From positions 1 through 64,000 of the IMG/VR virus record IMGVR_UViG_3300037067_013742: a stretch of 64,000 bases of DNA; one strand, written 5' to 3'. Source of the DNA: a virus (lineage: Duplodnaviria; Caudoviricetes). The position numbers and the translations under genes are program-made. The notes under the pieces are model-generated. The model was not told the origin of the DNA. It was given only the letters and a program-made list of their open reading frames with translations, and made no database searches. Below, in pieces: positions 44,200 through 55,603 of this stretch (positions are counted from its first letter, which is position 1; every line of letters starts with the position of its first letter).

Positions 44200-44899
44200 A
44201 GAAAGAAATGCCCTGCAGCATATCCAGGGCTTAGAGGAGGCTTTGGATCTCTTCGATTATTGTTTTTCTATTGGTTGGTAGTGCAATGAAGACCGGGATT
44301 CCTAGCTTGGAATATCTTCTAATAAGAATTTTATAGGGGTTTTAGCATCCGTAGATGGAGTGATACATTTCAATGAAGGGGTTAGGTGGGCAGCCTTCCT
44401 GATCCAGCAGGGTCTCCAACCTTTCCGACAGTTCGGTATGCCTGCTTACGTTCTTGGGCGTGGGGTTACATTCCTCCAGCTCGTACATTTCTCCATATGC
44501 CAAGACGGTATCTTGGTTGAATGCCCTCAGTAGGGCTTCTGGATTCTCTGGATAGAGTTCCTTAGCCAATGGGACAAGATCCATCTGATTTGCGGCGAGA
44601 TCTTTTTCTTCTGGGGTCATCTTATTTTCCTCAGAGGTTTCCGCAGTTTTCCACTTTTGGAAGGTGGTCATTGCTCTAGCCCTTCCGCATATCCTCTCGC
44701 GAAAACTCCGAGAGAGACTTCTGTCTCTTCGTATGTGTCGTAGTCCCATTCTTCGGCTATTGCATTGCTTACTCCAGAGCTAACCGAGTCGAGAATCTCT
44801 TCGATTCGGTCCTGTGTTTTTTCGTCGAGTTTGACCGCGATATATAGGACTCTCATCTGTATCTCCAGAGTTGTTTAGGTTAGTTATCTTCGAGGAGAG

Positions 44900-45350
44900 A
44901 AAGGGTGACTTCCATCTGTGCTAATGACCCAGATTTACTCGCTATAAGCGCCGTAACAGGTCTCCAACTACACTCCTATAGCGAGTTTCTCCTAGGATTC
45001 AAGCCTTACCTAGGATGGCTGGGCTGCTTAGTAGGAATCGAACCTACCTCTACGTCATCTCACCAGAATACGATAAGCAGCTTTGAGCAGAGTGTGGTAT
45101 CAGGTTCCAGGAGTTCTATTGCAATAAAGGTTACTCCCGGATTACCGAGTCCATGCCCTTGGACTCACCTGTTTGTCTTCTGCATGGGTGAATCACCAGT
45201 CTTCGGCGGGCTATCACCATTACCAGCATCAGACTAGCTATACCACTAGCTAACTACCCCATGGCGCCTTAGCGAGGTAGATTCATTTGGTGAGGGCTAC
45301 TCCTAGACTAAGTCTAGCTGCACCCAGATTAGGTGTTGCTTCGCCCTCAA
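44900..45350 (-). ncRNA. Cluster of structured RNAs including an anticodon-less tRNA mimic (45022-45081)
   Basis: GCTGCTTA/TAAGCAGC stem plus canonical T-arm; several other strong hairpins. Confidence 0.5.
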
Positions 45351-47214
45351 AGACTTTCGAAAGAACTCACGTCCACTGAAGAGGCACCGGCTTACCCTTC
45401 TTTCCGTAGCGATCGGTCGTCTGCTGCGATCCCCCCGAGAAGGGCTGATAGCCACCTGTCCTGACCTCCACGTCCACTCCCGCTGCGTTCTTCACCTTGG
45501 TGGTGGTGACGGGCTTGTAGACCGGATCGAGGGCCACTGGGCGCTTCCCCAGTTCACGAGTGATGGCCTGGTGGAGCTGAGGGCAGAGCTTCTTGTCTGT
45601 CCTGTCCAGAACGGCCTGGAGCTCGTCGTTGTTCAGGGTGGCGATGTGGGCGACACGTCCGGTCGGAAGGGTCACGGTCTTGTTGCTCTTCATGTTGTTC
45701 TCCTGTCTAGTTGAGGTCAGAACTCTCGTTCTCCATGTCTCGGGCCATTCGGATGACTTCTTCGAGCTGAGCGGCGAAAGAAATCAGAACTAGCCCTGCC
45801 GCTGCCAGGAGGGCTCTCTGATCTACCGAGAAGAGCTTCTGCTCGACGGCCATGTCGGTCTCGACCAGGTGCGTGATGCTTCTGGCGGTCTGCTTTACCT
45901 CGGCCAGGAGAAGGGCTACCGGCTCCGTTACGACCTTTGCGTCTTCTTCTCTACTCATCGTCTTCCTCCCATCGACACGGACACTGTGCGTTGTCGCACC
46001 GTTGCTTTGGACACTCACACTGATCGAGCTCTTCTCCGCAGTTCGTACAGTACCGAGGGGGAAGCTCGTCGCATCCTACTTCTTCCCAGAGAGATTCGTC
46101 CCTAGGCATTCTCACCTCCTACCATTACGATAGGAGTCATCGTGACGTCGCTCTGGGGCATTGTGTGGCCGCGAAAGAGACGGAGGTTCTGAACTGGCCT
46201 GTAGAGCTCCACATGAGCATCGAACCGGCGATTGACGATCATCGCATTGCCGCGGGCGAACTCACCGATTCTCTTCTGGAACATCTCGCTGATGGTCATG
46301 TTAGAACCTCCTGAGTTATACGGTCACTTGTTCTCGAAGAAACTTATTCTGCCGGAACCTCCGAGTCGTTCAGGGAATGATAAAGACGATCCCTCAGCAA
46401 ATCTCTCAGAGTGATCTTTCCGTTGGAGCAGTCGTAGCACCGACCTCTGCTGTAGGGGCCGACGTACTCTCCCGTTCCGTGGCACTTGGGGCAGACCTCC
46501 ACGGCGATGCTCTTGGGGTCTTCGATGACCACCGAGAAGTTCTCGTCCGCCCTGACGCAGACGTACTTTCCCAGGAGCTCCGTGGGCGGCTCACCCACCA
46601 GGCGATTCTGCTTCAGGAACTCGCCGACTCTCATCTGCCACCTTGCCAGGTTGAACTTGGTCACGAGCGTTCTCTCTACCTTCATGTTTGACTACCTCCA
46701 TTGAAGTTAGAAAGAATTTATGGGTGGGTTCTTTTGAACGAAGTGGTTGGCGGGCAACACACTATTCTGCTGATAAGACTACTTCCTAGGATCCCAATTA
46801 GCAGGAGCTTCGGGGATATTGGCTTTAGGATGGTCATACCAGCAATTAGTTCTTGGCTTGAGTGATACGCCGGCAGGAGAGAAATGATGTGAGGCTTCAG
46901 TTCGAGGGATGTCTGACTGGAGAGACGCGAGGAGAATTGGATTAGCTTCGGGAGTGCGATAGATTCCCGTCCACCACTTACCTGGATACATTCTCTACCC
47001 TCCTAAGTCTTTTTCTACACCAGTAAAGTGTTTTGGTCTTCTCGAAGCCTGACTTGGTTGTCTTTACGAGAGCCGTCTGCTCTTCGTTATTTACGGAGAT
47101 GACTGTATAACCCACAAGTTCAGTTTTGTGGACATACTCTCCGGGGAGAATTTCGATAGTCTTGAGTCTTTCGATCTCTCTTCTTGTTTCTTCGGCTCGA
47201 GACATTGTTTCTCC

Positions 47215-47294
47215 TGGTGCCCGGTAAGGGACTTGAACCCTTATGTAACCAGTTACCTTTTCTACCGTTTATAGGACGGAGAGGATACCCGGGC
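47215..47294 (-). ncRNA. D-armless tRNA-Ile(TAT)-like RNA
   Basis: Acceptor with ACCA, CCGT-CCTATAA-ACGG, GTAAC-TG-GTTAC hairpin before a canonical T-arm. Confidence 0.75.
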
Positions 47295-47420
47295 GTTTAT
47301 TCTTACGGTCCGAGAGAACATCATTTAGGTTTAGCCGCTTTTGAGACCCTGGCGGCGCATCATTACCTCCATGTGGTTATCTCTTTATTTCTTATACACT
47401 ATATCTAAAAGAAATTCATT

Positions 47421-48005
47421 TTAGAAGGGGCATGTGTCTTCCCGCCAGTTTGAGAAGTTGTGGCAGGAGTTGCAGGCTTCCTCGTTTGAGCCGGGATCAC
47501 AGTTGCTGCAAGATCGGATGGGAGACTCTTCCTCTCTGGGCAGAGCGGCTTCCAGAATGAGCGCTAGGGCCTGAGTAACCCGACCCTCATGGATGTGAAG
47601 GATGAGACTCTTCGCCAGCTCTCGATCGATCAGAGGGGCCTTTACGGGGGACTGATAACGTGCGTTGTCCCTCAGCTCCGCGTTCTCCCTTTCGAAGTTG
47701 CCCAGGTCTCTGGTGAGACGAGATTTAGTCTCTTCCAGGTCTTTGATATACCTCTCTCGAGCGGTTGCCTCTACGTTGGCCTCGTTCAGATTTTGCTGGA
47801 GGCTGTCGACCTTGGTTTCGAGCTCTGCCCTGTCGGGGCCGTACATCTCTGCTCGGATCTTCTCCAGGGCCTTGGTGTAGGCTGGGATATCTCCATCCCT
47901 CAAGGCGAAGACGAGGTCGTTCCCATCCTTCAGTCCGCAGTTGGTCAGTTCGCGGATCATCTTGATGGTAGAGATGGGCTGAAGGATTTTGATCTCACTG
48001 GTCAT
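47421..48005 (-). CDS. L7/L12-CTD-like motif + coiled coil + Cys4 protein
   Basis: IKMIRELTNCGLKDGNDLV; CSNC...CNSC. Confidence 0.65.
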   Translation of the reverse strand: MTSEIKILQPISTIKMIRELTNCGLKDGNDLVFALRDGDIPAYTKALEKIRAEMYGPDRAELETKVDSLQQNLNEANVEATARERYIKDLEETKSRLTRDLGNFERENAELRDNARYQSPVKAPLIDRELAKSLILHIHEGRVTQALALILEAALPREEESPIRSCSNCDPGSNEEACNSCHNFSNWREDTCPF

Positions 48006-48041
48006 TGGAATCTCCTACTTGGTGAGGTCGATCCCCCTCAG

Positions 48042-48188
48042 TCAGTTGTCCGTGATGTCCTCGCCCTCCTCCACTGAGGGGTTGTTGACTTCGATGTTGT
48101 AGTCATACTCGGTGGTGTCGTACCACTCCTCCTCGTCGAACTCCCTCTCGTGGATGGTCTCGAAGATCTCGTCCTGCTCATCCGTCAT
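48042..48188 (-). CDS. 48-aa highly acidic protein (not in the ORF track)
   Basis: MTDEQDEIFETIHEREFDEEEWYD...; SD GAAAGG. Confidence 0.6.
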   Translation of the reverse strand: MTDEQDEIFETIHEREFDEEEWYDTTEYDYNIEVNNPSVEEGEDITDN

Positions 48189-49081
48189 GTGAACCTACCT
48201 TTCTCTTGATTTAGGAGAAACTACTCGTTATCGAGTTCTACGGTTTCTTCTTCTTGGCACTTGCGGAGGGAGATGCTTCTTGCCGCGCCACAAGACCAAC
48301 GACACTTCTTCAGTCGTCCTTTTGTGGGACAAGATTCATCAACCCAGTTGCATATCTCTATGAAGGGACATCCTACTCCCGCGGGGATATTTCCATCTAT
48401 TAGGGAATTAGAATTCAAATGATCTTTCATCTACCTACCTCTTACCAGAGTGATAGTAACAGAAGGATTTCTCTGGGAGGTTTGCATCGAGCAATCGACT
48501 ATCCCCAGGAGATAGAGGACCGCGAAGATGGCTATGATGATGCCGAGAGTTTCAGTGACGCTTCTCATTTGGTGGCCTCTTTGAGTTCTACGGTCTTTCG
48601 GGCGAGACACTCATTACAGCAATAACCAGAGTGCGTTACTTCTCCTCCCATCGGCCAACAGAAAGACTTCCAACATATCTGACAAGTAAACCAAAGAGCT
48701 TTCAAGGTTTTGTTATTGTTAGACATTACACAGGAAGTAGTAAGAACTTATTCTCTTCAGTGAAGACTTGAGGCTTTTATAGAGAAAGGCTGATTGTTAT
48801 AAAGATAGATCGAAGAACCAGTCTTTATGATTATCTTATCGCGCGCCTTTTGGTAGCGCGCTCGAAGGCCAAGCGAAGCGTTAGGCTGAAGAGCAAGCTC
48901 CAAAGGCAAGCGATAGAAGCAGTCTTTCAGTCATTCTCTACAATAAATCCTTTCTATATATAGGGAGTTTCAAAACATCGTGTCAAGTAGATTAGGGTGA
49001 GAAACGGATTGTCGCTGTTTGCGCTTGTATCGCCGTTATGTCTTCCGGCTTTTTATTGCGTCATAGGTAAAAGTCTATCAG

Positions 49082-49441
49082 CTAGATAGATCCTTGCTGT
49101 CTGGCCTTCTGTTTCCAGGCCATATAGCGGTCGGTAGGATTCGTTGGCTCCTCTTCTACTTGTTGAGATGGGAGCTTTGGCTTGGCGATGGTGGTCCTTT
49201 CTGCAAGAAGCTTTCTTACTTCTAGAGAGAGGCGTTTTTGTACATCTGGCGGGAGAACGATTCTAACTCTACTGTCTGTCTCATGGGGAATTGCTAGGAA
49301 AACCCCATACTTCCCCCTCACTATCTTGAGCCCGCGAATCACAATGTCTCCACTGCGGATAGCCACCTGTCCTAGAGACTTCTCTCCATAAGAAAACCAC
49401 TCGATCTCGATGATTTTGGTAGAATTGGTTACTTCGTTCAT
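49082..49441 (-). CDS. SpoVG-like nucleic-acid-binding protein
   Basis: IVIRGLKIVRGKYGVFLAIP; TGnTATACT 6 nt upstream of ATG 49441. Confidence 0.55.
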   Translation of the reverse strand: MNEVTNSTKIIEIEWFSYGEKSLGQVAIRSGDIVIRGLKIVRGKYGVFLAIPHETDSRVRIVLPPDVQKRLSLEVRKLLAERTTIAKPKLPSQQVEEEPTNPTDRYMAWKQKARQQGSI

Positions 49442-51251
49442 TTGCCCAGTATAGCAACTCCCCTGGCTATTTGTATTACCGTCGCTACCAGGAGCGACAG
49501 GGCCAAGTCTAGCATAAATGCGGCAGAAGACACACACCCCATTGAGCATATGGGTAGACGGATGGATATCCTCACAGATTTGGCAGATGCTCATTTCTTC
49601 TAGCTCCACGACTACAGCATACTCCAAAAAGTAGCTATCTAGATAAAGAAGAATAGGCAGAACCTCACCCCGTGGCCTTTGGGGGAAGCTCTGCCTATTG
49701 GTTTTGATTTTGATCCTGTATTTAGCTACGCCCAGGTCAGGCGCTAGATTTGGTCTCGCATCTCCAATTACTCCTACACACGGGTTACATGTTGGGGTGT
49801 AATTGCTTCTGCTCTACGTGGGTCTTTTGCCGGCCGGCTAACCCTTCTGCCACTTGAATTAGAAAAAACTCTGAGTTCTACGGTGTCTTATCCCAGCGCC
49901 TCCAGAATCCATCGAGCTCTTGCTGAGTGAACCGTCACGAGCCCGTTGTTCATCTGCTCGTCAGAACAGGTGATGAGCTTGAGATCGTAGAGCTCTTGGA
50001 TGAAGATCCTAATCTTCTCAACTGCTGCGGGGTACATCTTCGTGGTCAGATCGAACTCCAGGTCTCCCCCGAAAACCTCAGCCTCTTCTTCGTAGCGGGC
50101 CAACACCTTGAGCATTTCCTTGAGCATTACATTCCTCCCATCTCGTCGATGGTCTCGTCTACCAGTTTGCTGATGTATCTGAGGGCGATCTTGTCGCCGG
50201 GCTTGATTGAATCGATATCCATTCTATCCAGCGTGATCTGGATTGTGGTTAGGAGGAGCGCATAGTGTGTCAGGTCACTCCTCTTGATGGTGTAGCTATC
50301 GAGTCTATCGGACTCAACAACATCTCTTGGTCGGGTCATTGGAATCTCCTATAGTTGGGCGACTACTTCCTGTACAGGAACGTTCATTTCCCGAGAGATT
50401 GAGAGAACTGTCATCATATCCTCGGTTCCCATCGGCTGATCACATAGGTAGGTGAGCTCCTCCTCTGTTGCCCCCATTGCCAGGAGGGAGATTCCCTTGA
50501 CCCTTGATCCTCCGATGAGCAGGGGAGCCGTCATCGTGAGGAGCATTGGGTTCCCTTCGGTGACCTTCATCAGCTGATCGATCAGGCCCTCGGGAGTGCC
50601 CTTCTGAACGACCTGACTCCAGAGGTGGCAGGCCGTAACGAGGGGCAGCATCTCCTCCCTGCTCCCTTCGAACCAGGTGGTGTCGATGCAAGCCAGAACC
50701 TGTGTCACGGTCTTGATCTGGATGTTCTCACCGACCTCGAAGATGTTGGCGACTCGGCCACCGTAGCCCAGCTCGTACTTCACCAGGCTGTTGAGAGCGT
50801 CCTGAATGCTCTTGTTGTGGCGGGGAGGCACATCACGATGAAGTTCTCCGTTGAATCTTTCGCCCCATACGCTGATCATTGGAATCTCCTTTATCGCTGA
50901 GTATTAGTAGAAACTTAGGTAGGTAGATAGGTTGGTAGTATAGGAGGGATAGTTCAGTTGACTCGGTGGGCGAGACCCTGCTCGTCGAATCTCCACTGAT
51001 GTGTGGATCCCTGGTTGTATCTCAGGATGTTCTCCGCGGCAGAGGCAGACCATACCCAAGTACAGGCTCTACGAACATGGAGAACTGCCGTGATTACGCG
51101 GCGACGTTCCTTTGCATATCCCTCGACTGCTGCTCTCTCTGTTTCCGCTGCGAACTGATGAACGTACATTGCGGAAGGGCCACGGCCATTTCGTCCCCAG
51201 ATTTCGTAGAGGTGCATGTCAGTTCCTCCATTCGTAGCTGTTAGAAGAAAT

Positions 51252-51722
51252 TCAGGAGAGGTATTTCGCTCGGAAAGCAACCCACTCATCCCTGTTGTAG
51301 AGGTTGTAGACTGGGATGCCTGCTGCGTTGGCTGCTCGGATAGCGTATCCAGTCCCCCCGTGGTCTTTTCCATTTGAGGTCCAGCATACAACGAACTCAA
51401 TGGGCTTATTGCCATCTCTACCGAAGAGCTGTTGCATATTGCGAGCGAGGAGAGCCTGTACGTAGGGCCTCATCTTCTCGAGCTTTGCTCCCTTCTGGAG
51501 GTAATCCTTCACCTTCTCATAGCACCACTGAGGCACGTTCTTGGCGTAGAAGATCTCCTTCAGTCCTCCGGCGGCACCCTGTTCGAAGGCAGTGTCGGCT
51601 CCTTTAGCGCCACCACTTCGAAGGGTATATCCTTTCTTAGCGAGGTGAGTAGCAATCCTCTTCATGAGATTGAGGACTACCTCTGGTGTCTCTCTTGAAC
51701 CAATCCCGGCGTAATGAGGCAT
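51252..51722 (-). CDS. SLOG/DprA-like nucleotide-binding protein
   Basis: YAGIGSRETP, RSGGAKGAD, GGTG.AI. Confidence 0.8.
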   Translation of the reverse strand: MPHYAGIGSRETPEVVLNLMKRIATHLAKKGYTLRSGGAKGADTAFEQGAAGGLKEIFYAKNVPQWCYEKVKDYLQKGAKLEKMRPYVQALLARNMQQLFGRDGNKPIEFVVCWTSNGKDHGGTGYAIRAANAAGIPVYNLYNRDEWVAFRAKYLS

Positions 51723-52229
51723 TACTTCCTCCTAGAGAACTACGATCATCCCGTTCTCTTCTCTAAGGTTATTGGCTTTGAGAGCTTTCTTCCATGGACG
51801 TTGGGAGGGACAACAATACATATAGAGCTTTGATCTCAGGATGTTGTCGCCCTTGAAGCTCTTATTGAGAACTTCTCGTACTGCTGTTCTTAGTTCGGCG
51901 GCAGATCCGGTAAAGGGCTCTGTAGTCAGTACAGTAGAGAGGGCCTTGGTTACCTCCTTTGAAGCATCCATATAGTAGGGAAGCTTGTTTTGGCGGGAGA
52001 TCTCTCCTACTGTAGAAGCAGAACGAAGTCTTGGCTTCTCAGGTTCTTTTTCTGCGGGCAATACAACTATATCTCTCTGAGAAGTAGAAGTTCTAAGAGC
52101 ATTGGCCATAGCATCCAGTACTGTGGCCATCCCCTCTCCTTCACCATCAATCTGAATAGTAACTTTTGGCAAGGGAATTATATCCTCCTATAAGGACTAT
52201 AAGAGGAATTTCTAGGTAGGTAGGTTAGG

Positions 52230-52817
52230 CTACTTGTCCTCTTCCCATCTGTCGAAGTTGTCACAATCACAGCAAGGCCACTCGCTCTTGTCTTCGGCCG
52301 GGGCGTGGAGACAGTTGTAGCAGCTGTGGTTGCTGGACTTCTTCTGATCAGCCAGGAGATCAACGAGGATGTCGACGACTCGGGTGGTCTCGTGCTCCAC
52401 CAGTGCGTAGATGGCTCGCCGAACCTCCGGCTTCCAGGAGTCGTCCTGCTGCATCCCGTTGATGTCTCGGAGGAGGGAGGTGACGGTGTCCTCAGACTCC
52501 TTGAGGCGGTCCCTGAGGTTCTCGACGATGACCTTGGTTTGGGACAGCTCATAGGAGAGGCTGGAGTTCTTCTTCTCCAGCTCGGTGGTCTGCTTGCTCA
52601 GCTCCTTCTCGGGGACGCTCCTCTGGGCCGAGACGACCTCCAGGTCCTCCAGGCGGTTCCTGAAGTTGCGGGCCCAGGTCACGGGTGCCTCGGTCTCTGA
52701 GCTCGTGGGGTACTGCTCGACCAGCTCCTTGGCCTCCTTCAGTCCCAGACCGGTCAGCTGCCTGACCAATTTGATCATGGGTACTTTGACTCCGTTGCCC
52801 CAGTTGATCTCGTCCAT
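52230..52817 (-). CDS. L7/L12-CTD-like motif + coiled coil + Cys4 protein (paralog of 47421-48005)
   Basis: KVPMIKLVRQLTGLGLKEAKELVE; CYNC...CCDC. Confidence 0.75.
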   Translation of the reverse strand: MDEINWGNGVKVPMIKLVRQLTGLGLKEAKELVEQYPTSSETEAPVTWARNFRNRLEDLEVVSAQRSVPEKELSKQTTELEKKNSSLSYELSQTKVIVENLRDRLKESEDTVTSLLRDINGMQQDDSWKPEVRRAIYALVEHETTRVVDILVDLLADQKKSSNHSCYNCLHAPAEDKSEWPCCDCDNFDRWEEDK

Positions 52818-52850
52818 CGTTATCTCCCTTGTAAGTAGTAGAAGAAACTA

Positions 52851-53321
52851 CTAGTAGTAGCGCCTGAAGCCCTTGAAGGCGAACGTGGCCACCTTCTTGG
52901 TGTTCCCGTCGTCCTGGAGGGTCTCGGTCACCACCCTCTCCGAAACGGCCGCCACCACTCCATCCACCCAGGTGTCGTAGCTCTGGAGGAGGTTGACGAT
53001 CTGGAAGGTGAGGGTCATCTCGCCCTGCACCATGATGGTGATGGGGCCATCGTACTTTTGGGGGAACCTCTCCAGCTCGGCGATCACATCCCAGGCCATC
53101 TGGATGACGTCGTCTTTGGTGGCCTCGGCGGGGACGTTGGGGAAGGCGACATCCACGATCATGGCGGTGGAGTCGTCAGTGGCGTAGGTCTTGGCGGCCT
53201 CCAGCTGCTCCTTGGACCACTTGGAGGAGGGGTGGTTGGAGACGTTGATGAACAGGGGGCAATCCGCCCTGAGGAAGTTCTCAACCTGTTTTCCGACGAA
53301 CATCTCATGGTCACAACACAT
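52851..53321 (-). CDS. Csx15/Csx20-like protein, putative cyclic-oligoadenylate ring nuclease
   Basis: FINVSNHPS..WS.EQ, D..FP.VP, VQGE, SER, F.F.GFR.Y. Confidence 0.6.
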   Translation of the reverse strand: MCCDHEMFVGKQVENFLRADCPLFINVSNHPSSKWSKEQLEAAKTYATDDSTAMIVDVAFPNVPAEATKDDVIQMAWDVIAELERFPQKYDGPITIMVQGEMTLTFQIVNLLQSYDTWVDGVVAAVSERVVTETLQDDGNTKKVATFAFKGFRRYY

Positions 53322-53629
53322 CTAATCCTCCAATCACGGTAAGTAGTAAGAACTCATAGCAAGAAGAGGTTTAGGCCAAGTCTTCCTTTGCGGCCAGATC
53401 CTCCAGTTGTTTGGCCTGGTCGGCGGCAGACATGAGAGCAACGGCAAGATCCCATGCTTCATTGGTAGTCAGATCGAGAGGAATCAGAACTCCATCCCTC
53501 TTGATGTCACAGAGGACATCCGGTCCGTCTCCCCACGTACAAGCAACAGTAATCTCGTCTGCTCGAGTTCGGATAATGGTCATCTGTATCTCCTGGTGAA
53601 CGTTAGAGGAATTCTATGGTAGGAAAGGA

Positions 53630-53655
53630 GGGCAGTTTACACTCATGCCCAGGAG
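53630..53655 (-). promoter_or_regulatory. Small 3'-UTR pseudoknot, copy A
   Basis: CTC-CTGGGCAT-GAG-TGT-AAACTGCCC. Confidence 0.65.
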
Positions 53656-54040
53656 CTTAGATCTTAGAGGGCCTTCCTGCACTTCTCAAATGGGCATCCA
53701 CCATTACAGTGCTTGTCGTAGAGAGCCCAGTCGATCTGTGGCAAGAAGTCTTCTGTGAGGAGGTAGTCGAAGAACTCTGGGCCGAGGTTGTCCACCATCA
53801 CCTCTATAATTTTGTGGGGTAGGTGGTCTTGGAGGATATCTCCTTCGTGCATGTCGGTGAAGTGAGCTTGGATGACGACTGGCTTGACGTGGTTTTCCCA
53901 GGTGCAGGTTGGGGCGCAACGAATGGGGGTGAGGTTTACCTCCACGATGTCTCCGCGAGGGTTCTTTCCCAACCGGCGAGACCATGTCCCCCAATAGGAG
54001 GAGAAGAAGTACGTGTTTTTCATGGAGGATTTAGAAGAAA

Positions 54041-55603
54041 CTAGATGCGGACGAGCGAGGCCAGCATGGCGTTTAGGCTTGTCCATCCCTCGATGTAGGG
54101 CGCGGGGGTGAGGCTGATGGGCGCGTACCCGGTGGTCTTGACCACGCCCTGGCAGAGAACCTCGATGGTCCTCTTCGGCAGGACCGGGACCTCCTGGCTG
54201 TCGGAGGTGGTGACGAGGGCGGAGGGGCAGCGGGCCAGGGGGCCGACGAACCACTCCAGGTAGGAGGTGCGGGGCTTGAAGGACCCCTGGAACTCGCTGA
54301 TGGACATCCCCAGGACCCTGGCGTGCAGCTCGATCGCCACACCCTCTCCCATGCCGTCGCAGGCGGGGCAGGTCATCCCGTTGGGGAGGGTTCCCTGGCT
54401 GTCGCAGTAGGGGCACAGGACCTTCTCCTCCACGCTCTCCGTGGCCAGGAAGTCACCCTGCATCGCGGAGTGCTCCCAGATGTCTCCCTCGGCGGAGGGG
54501 GCCTTGGGGTAGGTACCGATGGCCTTGACCTTTAGGGAGCGGTGGATGTTCTGGGCCAACCACTCGGTCAGCTTGCTGGCGAAGGTCTTGGCCCTCTGCT
54601 CGTCCTTGGAGTCACCCACCACGTAGGTGAGCTTGCCCAGGCGCGAGGACCAGTCGACCTCGGGGGAGTGGATTCCCGCGGCCCTGATGGTGGCGGCGTT
54701 GAGGGCCAGGACGTACCGGGCGTAGTCCAGACCGAAGTGGCGGTACCCCTCGGGCAGGGCGGTGATGGTCTCCGAGAGTCCGTCCCGGGCCTTCATGTGG
54801 GTGTACCACCGACCCGTGTTGTGGGCGATAGCGACGGCGGACAGGTACCCGGCCTCACCGATAAGCTTGACGAGGTTCTGGACGCTCTTGGCCGTCTGGA
54901 TGCGGGAGAGCAGCTCGTCCAGGCAGACGTCCCTGAGCTCCGAGACGCGCTCCAGGTGGAGGCGGTTGGGCTCGTAGGACATCTCGGCCTTGCGACCGGC
55001 CAGCTCGTCCTCCTCGGTGAGGGGGAGGGAGCGGGCGATGTTGGCGCTGGCGGAGAACTGGGCGTCCCACCAGTCACCGTCCATCTCGGCCCCGAAGACC
55101 ACGCTCTCGTCGTCGTCGTCCCCGGAGGTGGGGGCGTCCATGAGGGCGCAGTCGTCGTACAGGCACAACTCGGCGGCACCTTGTCCCGGGGCGAGGTCGA
55201 CGGTCGGGTCCAGCCTGTCTCCGGCGCCGGGGCACCAGCCGAAGGTCTTCCGGTCGGCGTGGAAGGTCAGGGTCTCGATCACCACCTGGATGATCTCCCT
55301 GCACCGGATGGTCTCGGCCAGGACGTGGATGTCCTTGGCGTTGAGGTTCACCGAGAGCATGCTGTAGGCCTCCAGGGCGAGGTCGTGGGCCTTGAAGGTC
55401 GACACGGCCTCCATCTCCTGGATCGAGGTGAGGGTGCCGCGCAACCAGGCGTTGAGGAGCGGGAAGGTGTTGGGGACGGGGGCGAGCTCGATCTCGGGGA
55501 TGAACTCGTTGTCCTCGGAGCACAGCGTGTCGAGGTAGTTCTCGAACTGCTCGTCGGTGGCGAAGGTGTCGTTGACGTTCATGGTGGAGGTGTTGGTCGT
55601 CAT
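54041..55603 (-). CDS. Large GC-rich hypothetical protein with a DnaJ-type Zn finger
   Basis: CPYCDSQG...CPACDGMG; SD AGAAAGG before ATG 55603. Confidence 0.75.
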   Translation of the reverse strand: MTTNTSTMNVNDTFATDEQFENYLDTLCSEDNEFIPEIELAPVPNTFPLLNAWLRGTLTSIQEMEAVSTFKAHDLALEAYSMLSVNLNAKDIHVLAETIRCREIIQVVIETLTFHADRKTFGWCPGAGDRLDPTVDLAPGQGAAELCLYDDCALMDAPTSGDDDDESVVFGAEMDGDWWDAQFSASANIARSLPLTEEDELAGRKAEMSYEPNRLHLERVSELRDVCLDELLSRIQTAKSVQNLVKLIGEAGYLSAVAIAHNTGRWYTHMKARDGLSETITALPEGYRHFGLDYARYVLALNAATIRAAGIHSPEVDWSSRLGKLTYVVGDSKDEQRAKTFASKLTEWLAQNIHRSLKVKAIGTYPKAPSAEGDIWEHSAMQGDFLATESVEEKVLCPYCDSQGTLPNGMTCPACDGMGEGVAIELHARVLGMSISEFQGSFKPRTSYLEWFVGPLARCPSALVTTSDSQEVPVLPKRTIEVLCQGVVKTTGYAPISLTPAPYIEGWTSLNAMLASLVRI

